Below the pieces are notes generated by a model. It did no database searches and was not told the DNA's origin. It was given only the letters and a program-made list of their open reading frames with translations. DNA of 64,000 bases from an uncultured Fibrobacteria bacterium (GTDB lineage: Bacteria; Fibrobacterota; Fibrobacteria; UBA11236): positions 1,920,001 to 1,984,000 of the forward strand of contig OY970309.1 of assembly GCA_963716395.1 (NCBI GenBank). Reading direction: 5' to 3'. Shown one piece after another: positions 10,245 through 19,832 of this stretch. The stretch's first letter is position 1. Every line of letters begins with the position of its first letter. Both the position numbers and the translations under genes were made by a program.

Positions 10245-10391
10245 ACGAAACGCCTGCGGAAAACGGCCGGGTCCGCGCCGTCCTCGAAACCATCGCGCTG
10301 GAAATCGACGGCGGCCGCAGTTCCGATCCACGCACCGCCCGCCGGGAATTCCAGGTGATCGCATCCCCGGACTTTGTTCTATTTCCCCAGC

Positions 10392-11702
10392 ATGCGGTTT
10401 GACATGCTTTCTCGAAGCCGGATTTGGCTGGCCGCCGCCGCCGTGAGCGTCTTGCTGGGCTGCCGCGGCGCCCAAAACGAGCCCTTGGAATTCGCCGTGG
10501 GCGGCGTTCCCGCCGAAATGCAGGTGTGGCAGCAGGTCATCGCCGCGTTTACCGCCGCCACCGGGCAGAAGGTGGATTTGCTGCGCCAGCCGGCGGATTC
10601 GGATCAGCGCCGCCAGGGATTGGCCGTGGCTTTGCAAGCCGGACAAAGCCGCCCCGACGTCTTCCTCATGGACGTGGCCTGGATTCCGCAGTTCGCGGCT
10701 TCGCATTGGCTCAGTCCCCTGTCGGTTACGGGTGACACGGACTTGCCCGGCCCCCAATCCTTTCCCGCCGGCGCCTTGGCGGTCGACAGCGCGCAGGGCC
10801 GGCTCGTGGCCCTGCCGGTATACATCGACGGCGGCCTCTTGTATTACCGCCAAGACCTGCTGACGAAATACGGGTTCACGCATCCGCCGGAGACTTGGGA
10901 CAGCCTGGTGGCCATGGCGCGCAAGGTCCAGGCCGGGGAACGCCGGCACCATCCCGACTTTTACGGCTATGTGTGGCAGGGCGCGCAGTATGAGGGGTTG
11001 GTCTGCGATTATCTCGAAGTGGCCGCTTCGGCGGGCGGCGGCCTCAACGCCGCGGCTCCGGATTTGGATGCGGCGCAGCCGGCGAATGTGCGGGCCCTGC
11101 GCTTTTTAACCAGCCTGGTGGGGCCCGGAGGCATTTCACCGCCCGAGACCTATACCGAGATGAAAGAAGAAGAGGTGCGCCGCTATTTCCAGCGCGGCGC
11201 GGCCCTGTTCGAACGCAACTGGCCGTACGCCTGGGCGCTACATCAGGCCGCGGATTCGCCGGTGCGCGGCTTGGTGGGCATGGCGCCGCTGCCGCATTTT
11301 CCCGGACACGTTTCGGCCGCGACCTTGGGAGGCTGGCATGTGGGCATCTCGCGCTTCACCCGCCATTCCGCTGCCGCCCGGAAACTGGTCGGTTACCTGG
11401 TCTCGTTGCCGGTGCAGCGGCGCTTGGCTTTGCAACTGGGTTGGAATCCGGGACGCATGGAGATTTACCGCGACACGGCGGTTCTGGCCCGGCGGCCCGA
11501 TTTCAAAGAACTGCGGACGGTGTTCGCGCATGCCGTGGCGCGGCCCAATGTGCCTTATTGGTCGCCGCTCTCCGAAGTTCTGCAACGCCATCTAAACGCC
11601 GCCTTGGCCGGCAAAGCCACGCCGGAGGCCGCGTTGCAGGCGGCGCAACGCGAACTCGCCGCGGTCACGGCGCGGTATCGCGACGTGGGAAGCCATGACT
11701 GA
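10392..11702 (+). CDS. Carbohydrate ABC transporter substrate-binding lipoprotein (trehalose/maltose-like)
   Basis: Lipobox LLGC; DVFLMDVAWIPQFA, QGAQYEGLVC, FERNWPYAW, TLGGW. Confidence 0.9.
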   Translation: MRFDMLSRSRIWLAAAAVSVLLGCRGAQNEPLEFAVGGVPAEMQVWQQVIAAFTAATGQKVDLLRQPADSDQRRQGLAVALQAGQSRPDVFLMDVAWIPQFAASHWLSPLSVTGDTDLPGPQSFPAGALAVDSAQGRLVALPVYIDGGLLYYRQDLLTKYGFTHPPETWDSLVAMARKVQAGERRHHPDFYGYVWQGAQYEGLVCDYLEVAASAGGGLNAAAPDLDAAQPANVRALRFLTSLVGPGGISPPETYTEMKEEEVRRYFQRGAALFERNWPYAWALHQAADSPVRGLVGMAPLPHFPGHVSAATLGGWHVGISRFTRHSAAARKLVGYLVSLPVQRRLALQLGWNPGRMEIYRDTAVLARRPDFKELRTVFAHAVARPNVPYWSPLSEVLQRHLNAALAGKATPEAALQAAQRELAAVTARYRDVGSHD

Positions 11703-12585
11703 ATCCGGCGGCTGGCGCACGGCCTGGCCGTATCTGTTGCCGGCCCTGCTGGCCGCCGCCGTCTTTTTGCTCTTTCCCCTGGGCGGCACCTTGGTGACGA
11801 GTTTTTTCCGTGACGTGTCGTTTTTGCCGACTCGCTTCATCGGCGGCGGAAATTACCGGGCCCTGCTGCGCGACCCGGCCTTTTGGCAGGCGTTCCGGTT
11901 CACCGTGTTTTTCGTGGCCGCGTCGGTGCCCTTGGAAACCGCGCTGGGCCTGGTTTTCGCCCTGCTGCTGAACCAGGTGTCGGGAGCGGGCCGGAGCGGA
12001 CGGCTGCGCGCCGGGTTTTTGCGTGCGGCCGTGCTGATTCCCTGGGCGGTGCCGGCCGCCGTGTCGGCGCGCACCTTCGAATTGATTTATCAATACCATG
12101 CGGGTCTGGTGAACGCGTTGCTCTCGCGGTGGGGAGGGATGGCGCCGGTGAATTGGCTCGGCTCAGCGCCCGGCGCCTTTTTCGCGTTGGTGCTGGCCGA
12201 CGCCTGGAAGACCACGCCGTTTGCGGCCATCCTCTTTTTGGCCGGCCTGGCCGCCATTCCCGAAGATGTGCAGCGCCAGGCGCGCGTGGACGGGGCGCAT
12301 TTCACGCAGCGTTTTTTCCGCGTCACCTTGCCGTTACTGCGGCCGATTTTCCTGGTGGTGGTGCTGTTTCGCGGCATCGATGCGCTGCGCGTCTTCGATC
12401 TCAATTACGTGCTGACCGGCGGCGGCCCCGGCGGCGCCACCACGTCGCTATCGCTGTTCGGTTACCGCCTCTATCTCGCGGGGGATTACGGCCTGGGAGC
12501 GGCGGCGTCCATGGTGCTGTTCGCCCTGTCTTTCGCCCTGGCCTGGGTCTATGCCCGCCGCGGTTGGGCGCAAGGGGCGGTATGA
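11695..12585 (+). CDS. Carbohydrate ABC permease (MalF/UgpA-like)
   Basis: DAWKTTPF, EAA-like QARVDGA, TGGGPG; overlaps the SBP stop. Confidence 0.92.
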   Translation: MTESGGWRTAWPYLLPALLAAAVFLLFPLGGTLVTSFFRDVSFLPTRFIGGGNYRALLRDPAFWQAFRFTVFFVAASVPLETALGLVFALLLNQVSGAGRSGRLRAGFLRAAVLIPWAVPAAVSARTFELIYQYHAGLVNALLSRWGGMAPVNWLGSAPGAFFALVLADAWKTTPFAAILFLAGLAAIPEDVQRQARVDGAHFTQRFFRVTLPLLRPIFLVVVLFRGIDALRVFDLNYVLTGGGPGGATTSLSLFGYRLYLAGDYGLGAAASMVLFALSFALAWVYARRGWAQGAV

Positions 12586-13410
12586 GCGAAGCCGCCCAGC
12601 AGCGCCTGTGCGTCGCGGCCGGAACGCTGCTGCTGACCGTATTCTGTCTGTTACCCTTCGTCTACATGGTGCTGGTGGCCTTCGCCGGGCGTCCCGATTT
12701 TCTGGCGCCGGGAGCGTCGTTTCACTTCACGTTGGCTCATTTCCGCAGCGTGGCCGATCCGGTGCTGCACGTCTTTGATCTGCATGCGCAACAGCCTGGT
12801 CGTGGCCGGGGTCACGGCCCTGCTGGCGCCGTTGCTGGCGGGCCTGGCGGCGTACCCTCTCGCGCGCCTGCGGGTGCGCGGCAAAAAGGCGCTGCTCTTC
12901 GGCGCCCTGGGGCTTTCCATGGTGCCGCCCATCTGCATCGCCGGCTATCTGTTTCGCATGGCGGCCAGTGTCGGCCTCACCAATACCTATCCGGCTTTGA
13001 TTCTTCCTTATGTCGCCTGGCTGCTGCCGCTTTGCCTGTGGTTTCTGGCCGGTTATTTCGGCGGCTTGCCGCGCGAATTGGATCGCGCCGCCAGCATCGA
13101 CGGGTGCACAACCTGGCAAATCCTGACCCGGGTGTTGTTGCCGCTGGCCCGTCCGGGGCTGATCTCGGCAGGATTGCTGGCCTTCGTATTCGCCTTCAAC
13201 GAATTCCTCTTTGCGCTGCTCTTGACCGTCGATTGGCATGCCCGCACCTTGCCCGTGGGCATCGCCCTGTTTCAGGGTTTGCACGGCGAGGTGCCCTGGT
13301 GCCTGCTCATGGCGGTTTCCACCGTGGCGGCTTTGCCGGTGGTGGTGGTGGCGGTGCTGTTCCAGGGCCATGTGGTGCAGGGCCTCACGCGCGGGGCGGT
13401 GAAGGGATGA
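12582..13410 (+). pseudogene. Carbohydrate ABC permease (MalG-like) split by a frameshift near 12770-12785 (pseudogene or sequencing error)
   Basis: N-part MSEAAQQRL...LLPFVYMV is in the frame of 12582; C-part MRNSLVVA...ELDRAASIDG...GLTRGAVKG is in the +1 frame (12775..13410). Confidence 0.8.
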
Positions 13411-14504
13411 CGCCCGGGAAAAACCCGCCCGGGCTGCCGGTGCGCCTCGAACAGGTGCGCAAGGTTTATGCGGGCCGCGGCGCCACGGTGACGGCCATCG
13501 GCGGAATCGATTTGGCCGTGGAGCCGGGGGAGTTCTTCATTCTGCTCGGGCCCAGCGGCTGCGGTAAAAGCACCCTGTTGGACCTGCTGGCGGGATTGGC
13601 GGCGCCCGATGCCGGCACCATCTGCTTCGGCGCCGAGGTGGTGGCCGATCCGGGCCGCGGAATTTGGCGCACGCCCAAGGAGCGCAACGTGGCCATGGTA
13701 TTCCAAAGCTATGCGCTGTATCCGCATCTCAGCGTGGCCGAAAATATCGCCTTTCCGCTGCGCGTCGGCGGCGCCCGGAAGGAAACCGTCACCCCCGCGG
13801 TGCGCGCCGCGGCCGCGTCGGTGCAAATCCTCGATCTGCTGGAGCGCAAGCCCGCCGAACTGAGCGGCGGCCAGAGGCAACGCGTGGCCATCGCCCGCGC
13901 TTTGGTGCGGCATCCCGCGCTGTTTCTGCTCGATGAGCCGCTTTCCAATCTCGACGCCCGGCTGCGGACCGCGACCCGCGCCCGGCTCAAATCCCTGCAA
14001 CGTAACCTGGGTGTTACGACGGTGTACGTCACCCACGATCAGCAGGAGGCGTTGGCCCTGGGCGATCGCGTGGCGGTTTTAAAGCGCGGGCACATCGAGC
14101 AAATCGGACCGCCCGGCGAACTGATCGCCCGTCCGGCCACGGCCTTCGTGGCCCGCTTCGCGGGCAATCCGCCCATGAACATGCTGCGCCTGCGCACCGG
14201 CGAAACCCATCCGGGTCTGTCGCGCGAACGCCTGGCCGCGGCGGGGCTTACGCACGCGGCCACCTTCTTGCTGGGCGTGCGTCCCGAACGCATCGCCTTA
14301 TCATCGCCTGAATCCGAACGCGGCTGGCCGGCCGAGGTGGAATCCGTCGAACCTCTGGGCCGCGATCATCTGGTGCATCTTTCGGCCGGCGAGCGGAGAT
14401 TTTCGGTTTTGACCGCCGGCGCCGCGCCGTGTGCGGGCGAACGCGTGCGGGCCGAGATCGACTTCGATTCCGCCCAACTGTTTCCGGATGACGGCGAAGA
14501 GTGA
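13407..14504 (+). CDS. Carbohydrate ABC ATPase (MalK-like)
   Basis: GPSGCGKS, MVFQSYALYPHL, LSGGQRQR, LLDEPLSNLD; ATGA overlap with the permease stop. Confidence 0.95.
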   Translation: MTPGKNPPGLPVRLEQVRKVYAGRGATVTAIGGIDLAVEPGEFFILLGPSGCGKSTLLDLLAGLAAPDAGTICFGAEVVADPGRGIWRTPKERNVAMVFQSYALYPHLSVAENIAFPLRVGGARKETVTPAVRAAAASVQILDLLERKPAELSGGQRQRVAIARALVRHPALFLLDEPLSNLDARLRTATRARLKSLQRNLGVTTVYVTHDQQEALALGDRVAVLKRGHIEQIGPPGELIARPATAFVARFAGNPPMNMLRLRTGETHPGLSRERLAAAGLTHAATFLLGVRPERIALSSPESERGWPAEVESVEPLGRDHLVHLSAGERRFSVLTAGAAPCAGERVRAEIDFDSAQLFPDDGEE

Positions 14505-14627
14505 GGCGAAGAGTGAGGGGAAGAGGCGCGGCGTCCGCCGGAGGGGTAGGTGTGCGATCCGTGCGCCGATCAACGGCGGAAGATCCCCACTGGGTAACAC
14601 AAACGTAACGTTACACCCGTAACGGGT

Positions 14628-15566
14628 CTAATGCCCGTTGCCGCAGTCGCCGGCTTCGCATTGACCGGCCTGCAAGGTGATGTGGCCGATGCCGAATTCG
14701 CGCTGCAGGTTTTGGCGCAAGGCCGACACCACCTGGGGCTCGCTTTGCTCGCCTTCGCCGGTGGCCACATGCGCGCTGAGGTAAAGGTCGCGGCCGTTCA
14801 ACGTCCACACATGCATGTCATGCACGTCGCGCACCTGCGGGGTGGCGAGCATGGCGCGGCGCACGCTTTCGAGATCCACCTCTTCGGGTGTGCCTTCGAC
14901 GAGAATATGGGCGCTGCGGCCCAGCACGCGCACCGCACCCGCGCTCAGAATGGCGGCGATGAACAAGGTGGCCGCGGGGTCGACCCAAAGCCAGCCCTTG
15001 GCGTACAGCAACGCCCCGGCCAAAAGGGCGGCGGCCGAGCCCAGGGCGTCGCCGGCAATATGCAGCAGCACACTGTCTTCGTTCAGGTTTTTTTCTTCGC
15101 CGCCGCGGTGCAGCCAAGTCGCCATGCCCAGATTGAGCAGCAGACCCAGACCCGCCACCACCATCATGGGTTTCGCGGCCGGGGTTTCGGGGCGCCAGAA
15201 GCCCACCGCGGCCTTGACGGCCAACACCGTGGTGAGCACCAGCAACACCACGGTGTTGGCAAAAGCCGCCAGCACTTCGAAACGTTTGTAGCCAAAGGTC
15301 TTTTCGGCGGTGGGCCGCCGCAAGCTGAGACGCGCCGCACCCGCGGCCAAAGCGAAGGCGACGGTGTCGGAAAGCATGTGCAGGGCGTCGGAAAGCAGGG
15401 CCAGCGAATGGGCCCAGAACCCGGTCGCAGCTTCCACCGCCATGAAGACCGCTGCCAGGCCGAAACAAACCAGCAGGCGGGCTTGGGACGAAACCGGGGA
15501 ACGCGCCGGGTACTCCACCGAAGAAGGTTCCCCGCGGGCTCGGGTCGCAGTGTGAGGGAATGCCAT
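14628..15566 (-). CDS. Cation diffusion facilitator (CzcD/ZitB-like)
   Basis: SLALLSDALHMLSD, TFGYKRFE, LHIAGDALGS, VHDMHVWTL, HITLQ. Confidence 0.93.
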   Translation of the reverse strand: MAFPHTATRARGEPSSVEYPARSPVSSQARLLVCFGLAAVFMAVEAATGFWAHSLALLSDALHMLSDTVAFALAAGAARLSLRRPTAEKTFGYKRFEVLAAFANTVVLLVLTTVLAVKAAVGFWRPETPAAKPMMVVAGLGLLLNLGMATWLHRGGEEKNLNEDSVLLHIAGDALGSAAALLAGALLYAKGWLWVDPAATLFIAAILSAGAVRVLGRSAHILVEGTPEEVDLESVRRAMLATPQVRDVHDMHVWTLNGRDLYLSAHVATGEGEQSEPQVVSALRQNLQREFGIGHITLQAGQCEAGDCGNGH

Positions 15567-15699
15567 GCGGTGCTCCGCGCTCAGAATAACCCGAGAAAGA
15601 GACGGCGGCAAGGCGGATGCGGGGCCGTGGCCGGCTGCCCCGCTTTTTCCCTGTCGGCGAGGAAAAATTTTCAGGCCAGAGAAACGTTGACGGGTTTAA

Positions 15700-15720
15700 G
15701 ATTGAGATTTAGTCTTAATC
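15700..15720. promoter_or_regulatory. Fur-family-like palindromic operator in the CDF/porin divergent promoter
   Basis: GATTGAGA-TTTAG-TCTTAATC (8-5-8 inverted repeat, 1 mismatch) just downstream of TTGACG at 15687. Confidence 0.5.
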
Positions 15721-15759
15721 ATGAGGTCCGGTTTCCCTTCCAAATTGCAAGGAGTCTGT

Positions 15760-16962
15760 ATGTCCCATCCCGTTCCCATCCTGAAGCCCGAGCCCGCCGC
15801 CCGGGCGCCTTTCCCTCGCCGGTTTACTCTCGGCCTCGCCTGCGCCGTGGGCGTCGCCTTGTCGGCCACTCCCGCCTCGGCCGATTCGGCCCCTTCCCTC
15901 GGCGGCTATGGCGAAATCGCCTACAATCATTATCCGCGGGGCGCCGACCGGGACCAGGCCGATCTCAAACGCTTCGTGATTTTCCTCGGCTACGGCTTCA
16001 ACGATCAATGGAGCTTTAACAGCGAGGTGGAATGGGAGCACGCGGTGGCCAGCGCCGACGACTTGGGCGAAAGCGAGATTGAACAGGCCTATTTGAATTA
16101 TCAATTTGCGCCGTCGCTGAACCTCAAGACCGGACTTTTCTTGATGCCGTTCGGGCTTCTCAACCAGGCGCATGAACCGCCGGTTTTCTACGGTGTCGAG
16201 CGCAACGAGGTGGAAACCCGCATCATTCCCAGCACTTGGCGCGAAGGCGGCATCGGCCTTTCCGGCAACACCGCCCTCGGCCTCGACTTCGACGCCGGCG
16301 TCACCACCGGTTTCGACGTCGCCAAATTCGACGATCCCGGGTCGCCCCTGAGCTCGATGCATCAGGAATTGCAACTTGCCAAGGCCAATGATCTGGCGGC
16401 GTACGGGGCCCTAAACTACCGCGGCCTTCCGGGGTTCACCCTCGGAGGCGCGTTGTTTACCGGTAATTCGGGGCAAAGCAATGCCGATTTCGAATCCGAT
16501 CAATCCGGGCCCGATTTCTCCGGCATCAACGGCCGCATCTTTTTATGGGACGGCCATACCCGCTGGCAAAAAAAAGGCTGGGATCTGGAAGCCGTCTATG
16601 CCCAAGGTGTGATCGGCGAGGCGGATCGCATCGACGCGCAATTGCAGGCCTTTAACGCTGCGAACAACGATGATCGCCCCTATGTGCCGGATCAATTCTA
16701 TGGTTGGTTGGTGCAAGGCGCGTACACGGTTTTCCGGCATGGGGATCTTTCTTTGGCCCCTTTTCTGCGCTACGAACAGTATGACACGCAACTGAAAATG
16801 CCGGCGGGATTCACGTACGATCCTACGAATGCCGACCGCGTGACCACGGCGGGTTTTTCCTTTAAACCTCTGTCGCAGGTGGTGTTCAAAGCCGATTATC
16901 AGTATTACAAGGATCATACCGACAATAGCCGCTTCAACCTCGGCCTCGGGTACATGTTTTAA
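15760..16962 (+). CDS. Outer-membrane porin (OprO/OprP-like family found with FMN-binding/ApbE genes)
   Basis: Signal peptide; GGYGEIAYN...RFVIFLGYGF...SEVEWEH...EQAYL; C-terminal LGLGYMF; AAGGAG RBS. Confidence 0.8.
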   Translation: MSHPVPILKPEPAARAPFPRRFTLGLACAVGVALSATPASADSAPSLGGYGEIAYNHYPRGADRDQADLKRFVIFLGYGFNDQWSFNSEVEWEHAVASADDLGESEIEQAYLNYQFAPSLNLKTGLFLMPFGLLNQAHEPPVFYGVERNEVETRIIPSTWREGGIGLSGNTALGLDFDAGVTTGFDVAKFDDPGSPLSSMHQELQLAKANDLAAYGALNYRGLPGFTLGGALFTGNSGQSNADFESDQSGPDFSGINGRIFLWDGHTRWQKKGWDLEAVYAQGVIGEADRIDAQLQAFNAANNDDRPYVPDQFYGWLVQGAYTVFRHGDLSLAPFLRYEQYDTQLKMPAGFTYDPTNADRVTTAGFSFKPLSQVVFKADYQYYKDHTDNSRFNLGLGYMF

Positions 16963-16978
16963 GATTCGGGAGGATGTT

Positions 16979-17494
16979 GTGAGACACAGCGCGTGGGTCT
17001 GGCTTCCCGTGGCCGCCATTTCCACCTCGGTTTACGCCAAAACCTATTTCACCGTGGCCGAGGCCCAGCAAGCGATCTTTCCCGGGGAAAAACTCACCCC
17101 CGACTTCCTCACTTTGAGCGACTCGCAGGCGGCGCTCATCGCCAAACGAACCGGACAGGACGTGATCCACCGGCAGATCAAGGCGTGGAAAGTCGCCGGG
17201 GGCGGGTGGTTCATCGTCGACGAAGTGGTGGGCAAGCACGAGCTCATCACCTATGCCGTCGGCCTGAACCCGGACGGCAGCGTCAAGCAAATCGAAATCA
17301 TGGATTACCGCGAATCCTACGGCTATGAGATTCGCAACGCCAGATGGCTGCGGCAATTCGCGGGCAAGACGGCGGCCGATCCGGTTATGCTGAACCAGGA
17401 TATCGGCAATATCAGCGGCGCCACCCTTTCTTCGCGGCACGTGACCGAAGGCGTCCGGCGCGTGCTGGCAACCTATGCCGTCGCGCTCAAATAG
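16979..17494 (+). CDS. Secreted FMN-binding protein
   Basis: Signal peptide; YRESYGYEI; flavinylation motif NISGATLSS. Confidence 0.88.
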   Translation: MRHSAWVWLPVAAISTSVYAKTYFTVAEAQQAIFPGEKLTPDFLTLSDSQAALIAKRTGQDVIHRQIKAWKVAGGGWFIVDEVVGKHELITYAVGLNPDGSVKQIEIMDYRESYGYEIRNARWLRQFAGKTAADPVMLNQDIGNISGATLSSRHVTEGVRRVLATYAVALK

Positions 17495-18377
17495 CCTGGA
17501 GCGCGCCCGTCCCCTGCTGGGGACTTTGGTCATGATTCGCGTCGAAGCGGCCGCGGATCGCCCGGCCTTGGCGGCGGCGGTGGATCAGGCTTTTGCCGCG
17601 GTCGAACGCGTGGAGCGTCGCATGAGTTTCCACGACAGTAACAGCGATGTTTCCCATATCAACGCCGCCGCGGCCGGAGGCGAAATTTCCGTCGACCCGG
17701 AAACGATGCGGGTCCTGTCGTTCGCCTTCGTTCTGGGCGAGCTTTCCCGCGGAGCGTTCGATATCGCGGCGGCCCCGGCGCTGGTGCGGGCGGGATTTCT
17801 GCCGGCGCGACCGCCCCGCGCAAGGCCCGGTGCAGATGCCACCTTCCGCGACTTGGAATTGCTCGACGACCGCCGCGTCCGGTGGAAGCGCAAGGGATGG
17901 ATCGATTTGGGGGGCATTGCCAAAGGGTATGCCGTCGATCGCGCCGTCGCAGTGCTGCAAGCGCAGGGCGTGGCGCATGGCGTGGTCAATGCCGGCGGAG
18001 ATTTGCGCTGCTTCGGCCGGCCGCAACCCGTCGCCGTCCGCCATCCCGAGGCGCTGGCCGCCCGCATCCCGTTGGGAAAGCTGTCCAACCGCGCCTTGGC
18101 GACTTCCGGCGGATATTATTCCAGCGGCGCAGACGGCGGACGTCGGGTGGAGCCCCTGGTCGATCCCAAGCGGCAGGCCTGCACGACCTGGGGCGCCAGC
18201 GTGAGCGTCGCGGCCTCCGATTGCATGACCGCCGACGCGCTGACCAAGGTCGTGCGCCTGGCTCCGCGGCGTACTCCGGAAATCCTGGCGCGCTTTCACG
18301 CCCAGGCTTTCGTGTTGCGCCGCAACCGCCTGCGTTGTTGCGGCGAGATGATTCTGCAACCGGAAACCGCAAAGTGA
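17475..18377 (+). CDS. apbE: FAD:protein FMN transferase
   Basis: LLGTLVMI, IDLGGIAKGYAVD, VNAGGD, ATSG, ADALTK. Confidence 0.93.
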   Translation: MPSRSNSLERARPLLGTLVMIRVEAAADRPALAAAVDQAFAAVERVERRMSFHDSNSDVSHINAAAAGGEISVDPETMRVLSFAFVLGELSRGAFDIAAAPALVRAGFLPARPPRARPGADATFRDLELLDDRRVRWKRKGWIDLGGIAKGYAVDRAVAVLQAQGVAHGVVNAGGDLRCFGRPQPVAVRHPEALAARIPLGKLSNRALATSGGYYSSGADGGRRVEPLVDPKRQACTTWGASVSVAASDCMTADALTKVVRLAPRRTPEILARFHAQAFVLRRNRLRCCGEMILQPETAK

Positions 18378-18868
18378 CGTCCCCGCGTTCCTCCTCGCCC
18401 ATGCGCCTGAGCCGCCGGCATGAACGCTGGGTCTACGGCATAGGCGGCCTCCTGTTTCTTTCCGGCGTGGGCTGGCTGATCGCCCATTATTTCCTGGCCA
18501 AGCCCGACGCCTTCGGAAATTCCTTTCATCCCTCCGAACCCTGGTGGCTGCGCCTGCACGGCGCGGCGGCCATGGGATTTCTGCTGGTGCTCGGTTCCCT
18601 GTTCCCTCGGCATCTCGTTCCTGCCTGGAGGGTGCGCAGGAATTTCCGCAGCGGTCTCGGCGTGATTGGGGTGATGGCCTTGCTGATCGCCACCGGATAC
18701 GGGTTGTACTACGCCGCCGGCGAACAATCCCGGCCCTGGATCAGCGCCATCCACTGGATAATTGGCTTGCTGGCCGCGCTGATCGTGCCGTGGCATGCCT
18801 GGAGGGGAAAGCGGACCCGAGGCGTGCGCCCCGCCGCCTCCGCGCCCCGCGGTCCCCGGTCCCGGTGA
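18374..18868 (+). CDS. 4-TM His-containing membrane protein (DUF4405/cytochrome b-like)
   Basis: GTGA overlap with the apbE stop; WLRLHGAAAM, GYGLYY, IHWIIG...PWH. Confidence 0.7.
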   Translation: MTSPRSSSPMRLSRRHERWVYGIGGLLFLSGVGWLIAHYFLAKPDAFGNSFHPSEPWWLRLHGAAAMGFLLVLGSLFPRHLVPAWRVRRNFRSGLGVIGVMALLIATGYGLYYAAGEQSRPWISAIHWIIGLLAALIVPWHAWRGKRTRGVRPAASAPRGPRSR

Positions 18869-19044
18869 AGAATCGGATCGGCGGCATGGCCTTTGCCTCA
18901 GGGGGCGCCGGGATTGAACGAGGCTTCGATTTACCGATACCCCCTGGGAACAACTTCTACGGCCCCTTCGTCGAAGGGCCTGAAGCCCATGACTCTTACT
19001 TCTTATAAGTGGCATGATTGGGGTTTAGAGCAAATTTTGGATAG

Positions 19045-19758
19045 GTGCCGGCATGCGCGGCATTCTGGAGGGCACGATTGACGGCTGGGAAAAATGTCCC
19101 AAAACCCAACGCCGGGCGGAGGTTTTATCCCCGACGGCGTCCTCAAGGCGGGCCGGTAGAGAGCGGGCGACATTTTTCCGGCCGGTTGGGGTTGGGGTTG
19201 GGATTTTGCCTGTTTGCGGCCGGGGCTTCGTTCGCCGGTCCGGAAGGCACCAATCGTTTTGGTGTCAATCTGGAATTCGTGGGCTTGACCTATCACCCGG
19301 GCGGGGGGGAAAACGAAGGTTATCCGCGGCAGCTTGATGACGGGGCCTATTGGGTGTTGCTGTTGGGGGCGCAGGTCGACGCGGACTGGTATTTCCACAA
19401 GTATGGATTGCTCCGGGCCTCCGTGGCCTTGAACAAGGATTGCGCCGATGTGTGGTCGGGCTTCTTCCATCTGGGTCCCCGCCTCAATCTTCCCTGGGGT
19501 CCGCACTTCGTTTTCCGCATCGGCATCGGCCCCACCTTGGTGTGGCGGCAGAATTGGTACGGAGTGGTGGCGGGCTATACGCATGACAGTTTTTACGGCC
19601 AAGGGACAAGCGGCGCCTTCCAGTCGCGGTTTATATGGTATGGCGGGAACATCGATCTGGAATGGAAGGTGAAACGCAATATCAGTCTGGTCTACGGCAA
19701 TATCCCGGGTTACCCCCACGTCATCACCAGCAGTTTCGGCGCCCGATACAGTTTTTAA
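19045..19758 (+). CDS. Hypothetical outer-membrane beta-barrel protein (start uncertain)
   Basis: Aromatic/Gly alternating strands; C-terminal FGARYSF. Confidence 0.6.
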   Translation: MPACAAFWRARLTAGKNVPKPNAGRRFYPRRRPQGGPVESGRHFSGRLGLGLGFCLFAAGASFAGPEGTNRFGVNLEFVGLTYHPGGGENEGYPRQLDDGAYWVLLLGAQVDADWYFHKYGLLRASVALNKDCADVWSGFFHLGPRLNLPWGPHFVFRIGIGPTLVWRQNWYGVVAGYTHDSFYGQGTSGAFQSRFIWYGGNIDLEWKVKRNISLVYGNIPGYPHVITSSFGARYSF

Positions 19759-19832
19759 TTCTCGGGCAGCCGGTGCGCGCCCTGCAATCCCCGGCCCTTG
19801 ACCCGCCGGGCGCCGATTGCTCCCTTGCCGCT

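Noticed and set aside
11883-14504. 873-aa ORF as a fusion protein
   Set aside because: Chance open frame joining the permease N-terminus and the ATPase; the middle is out-of-frame permease sequence.
14493-14525. GGCGAAGAGTGA tandem repeat at the ABC ATPase stop
   Set aside because: Only about 2.7 copies without spacers; simple slippage duplication, not CRISPR.
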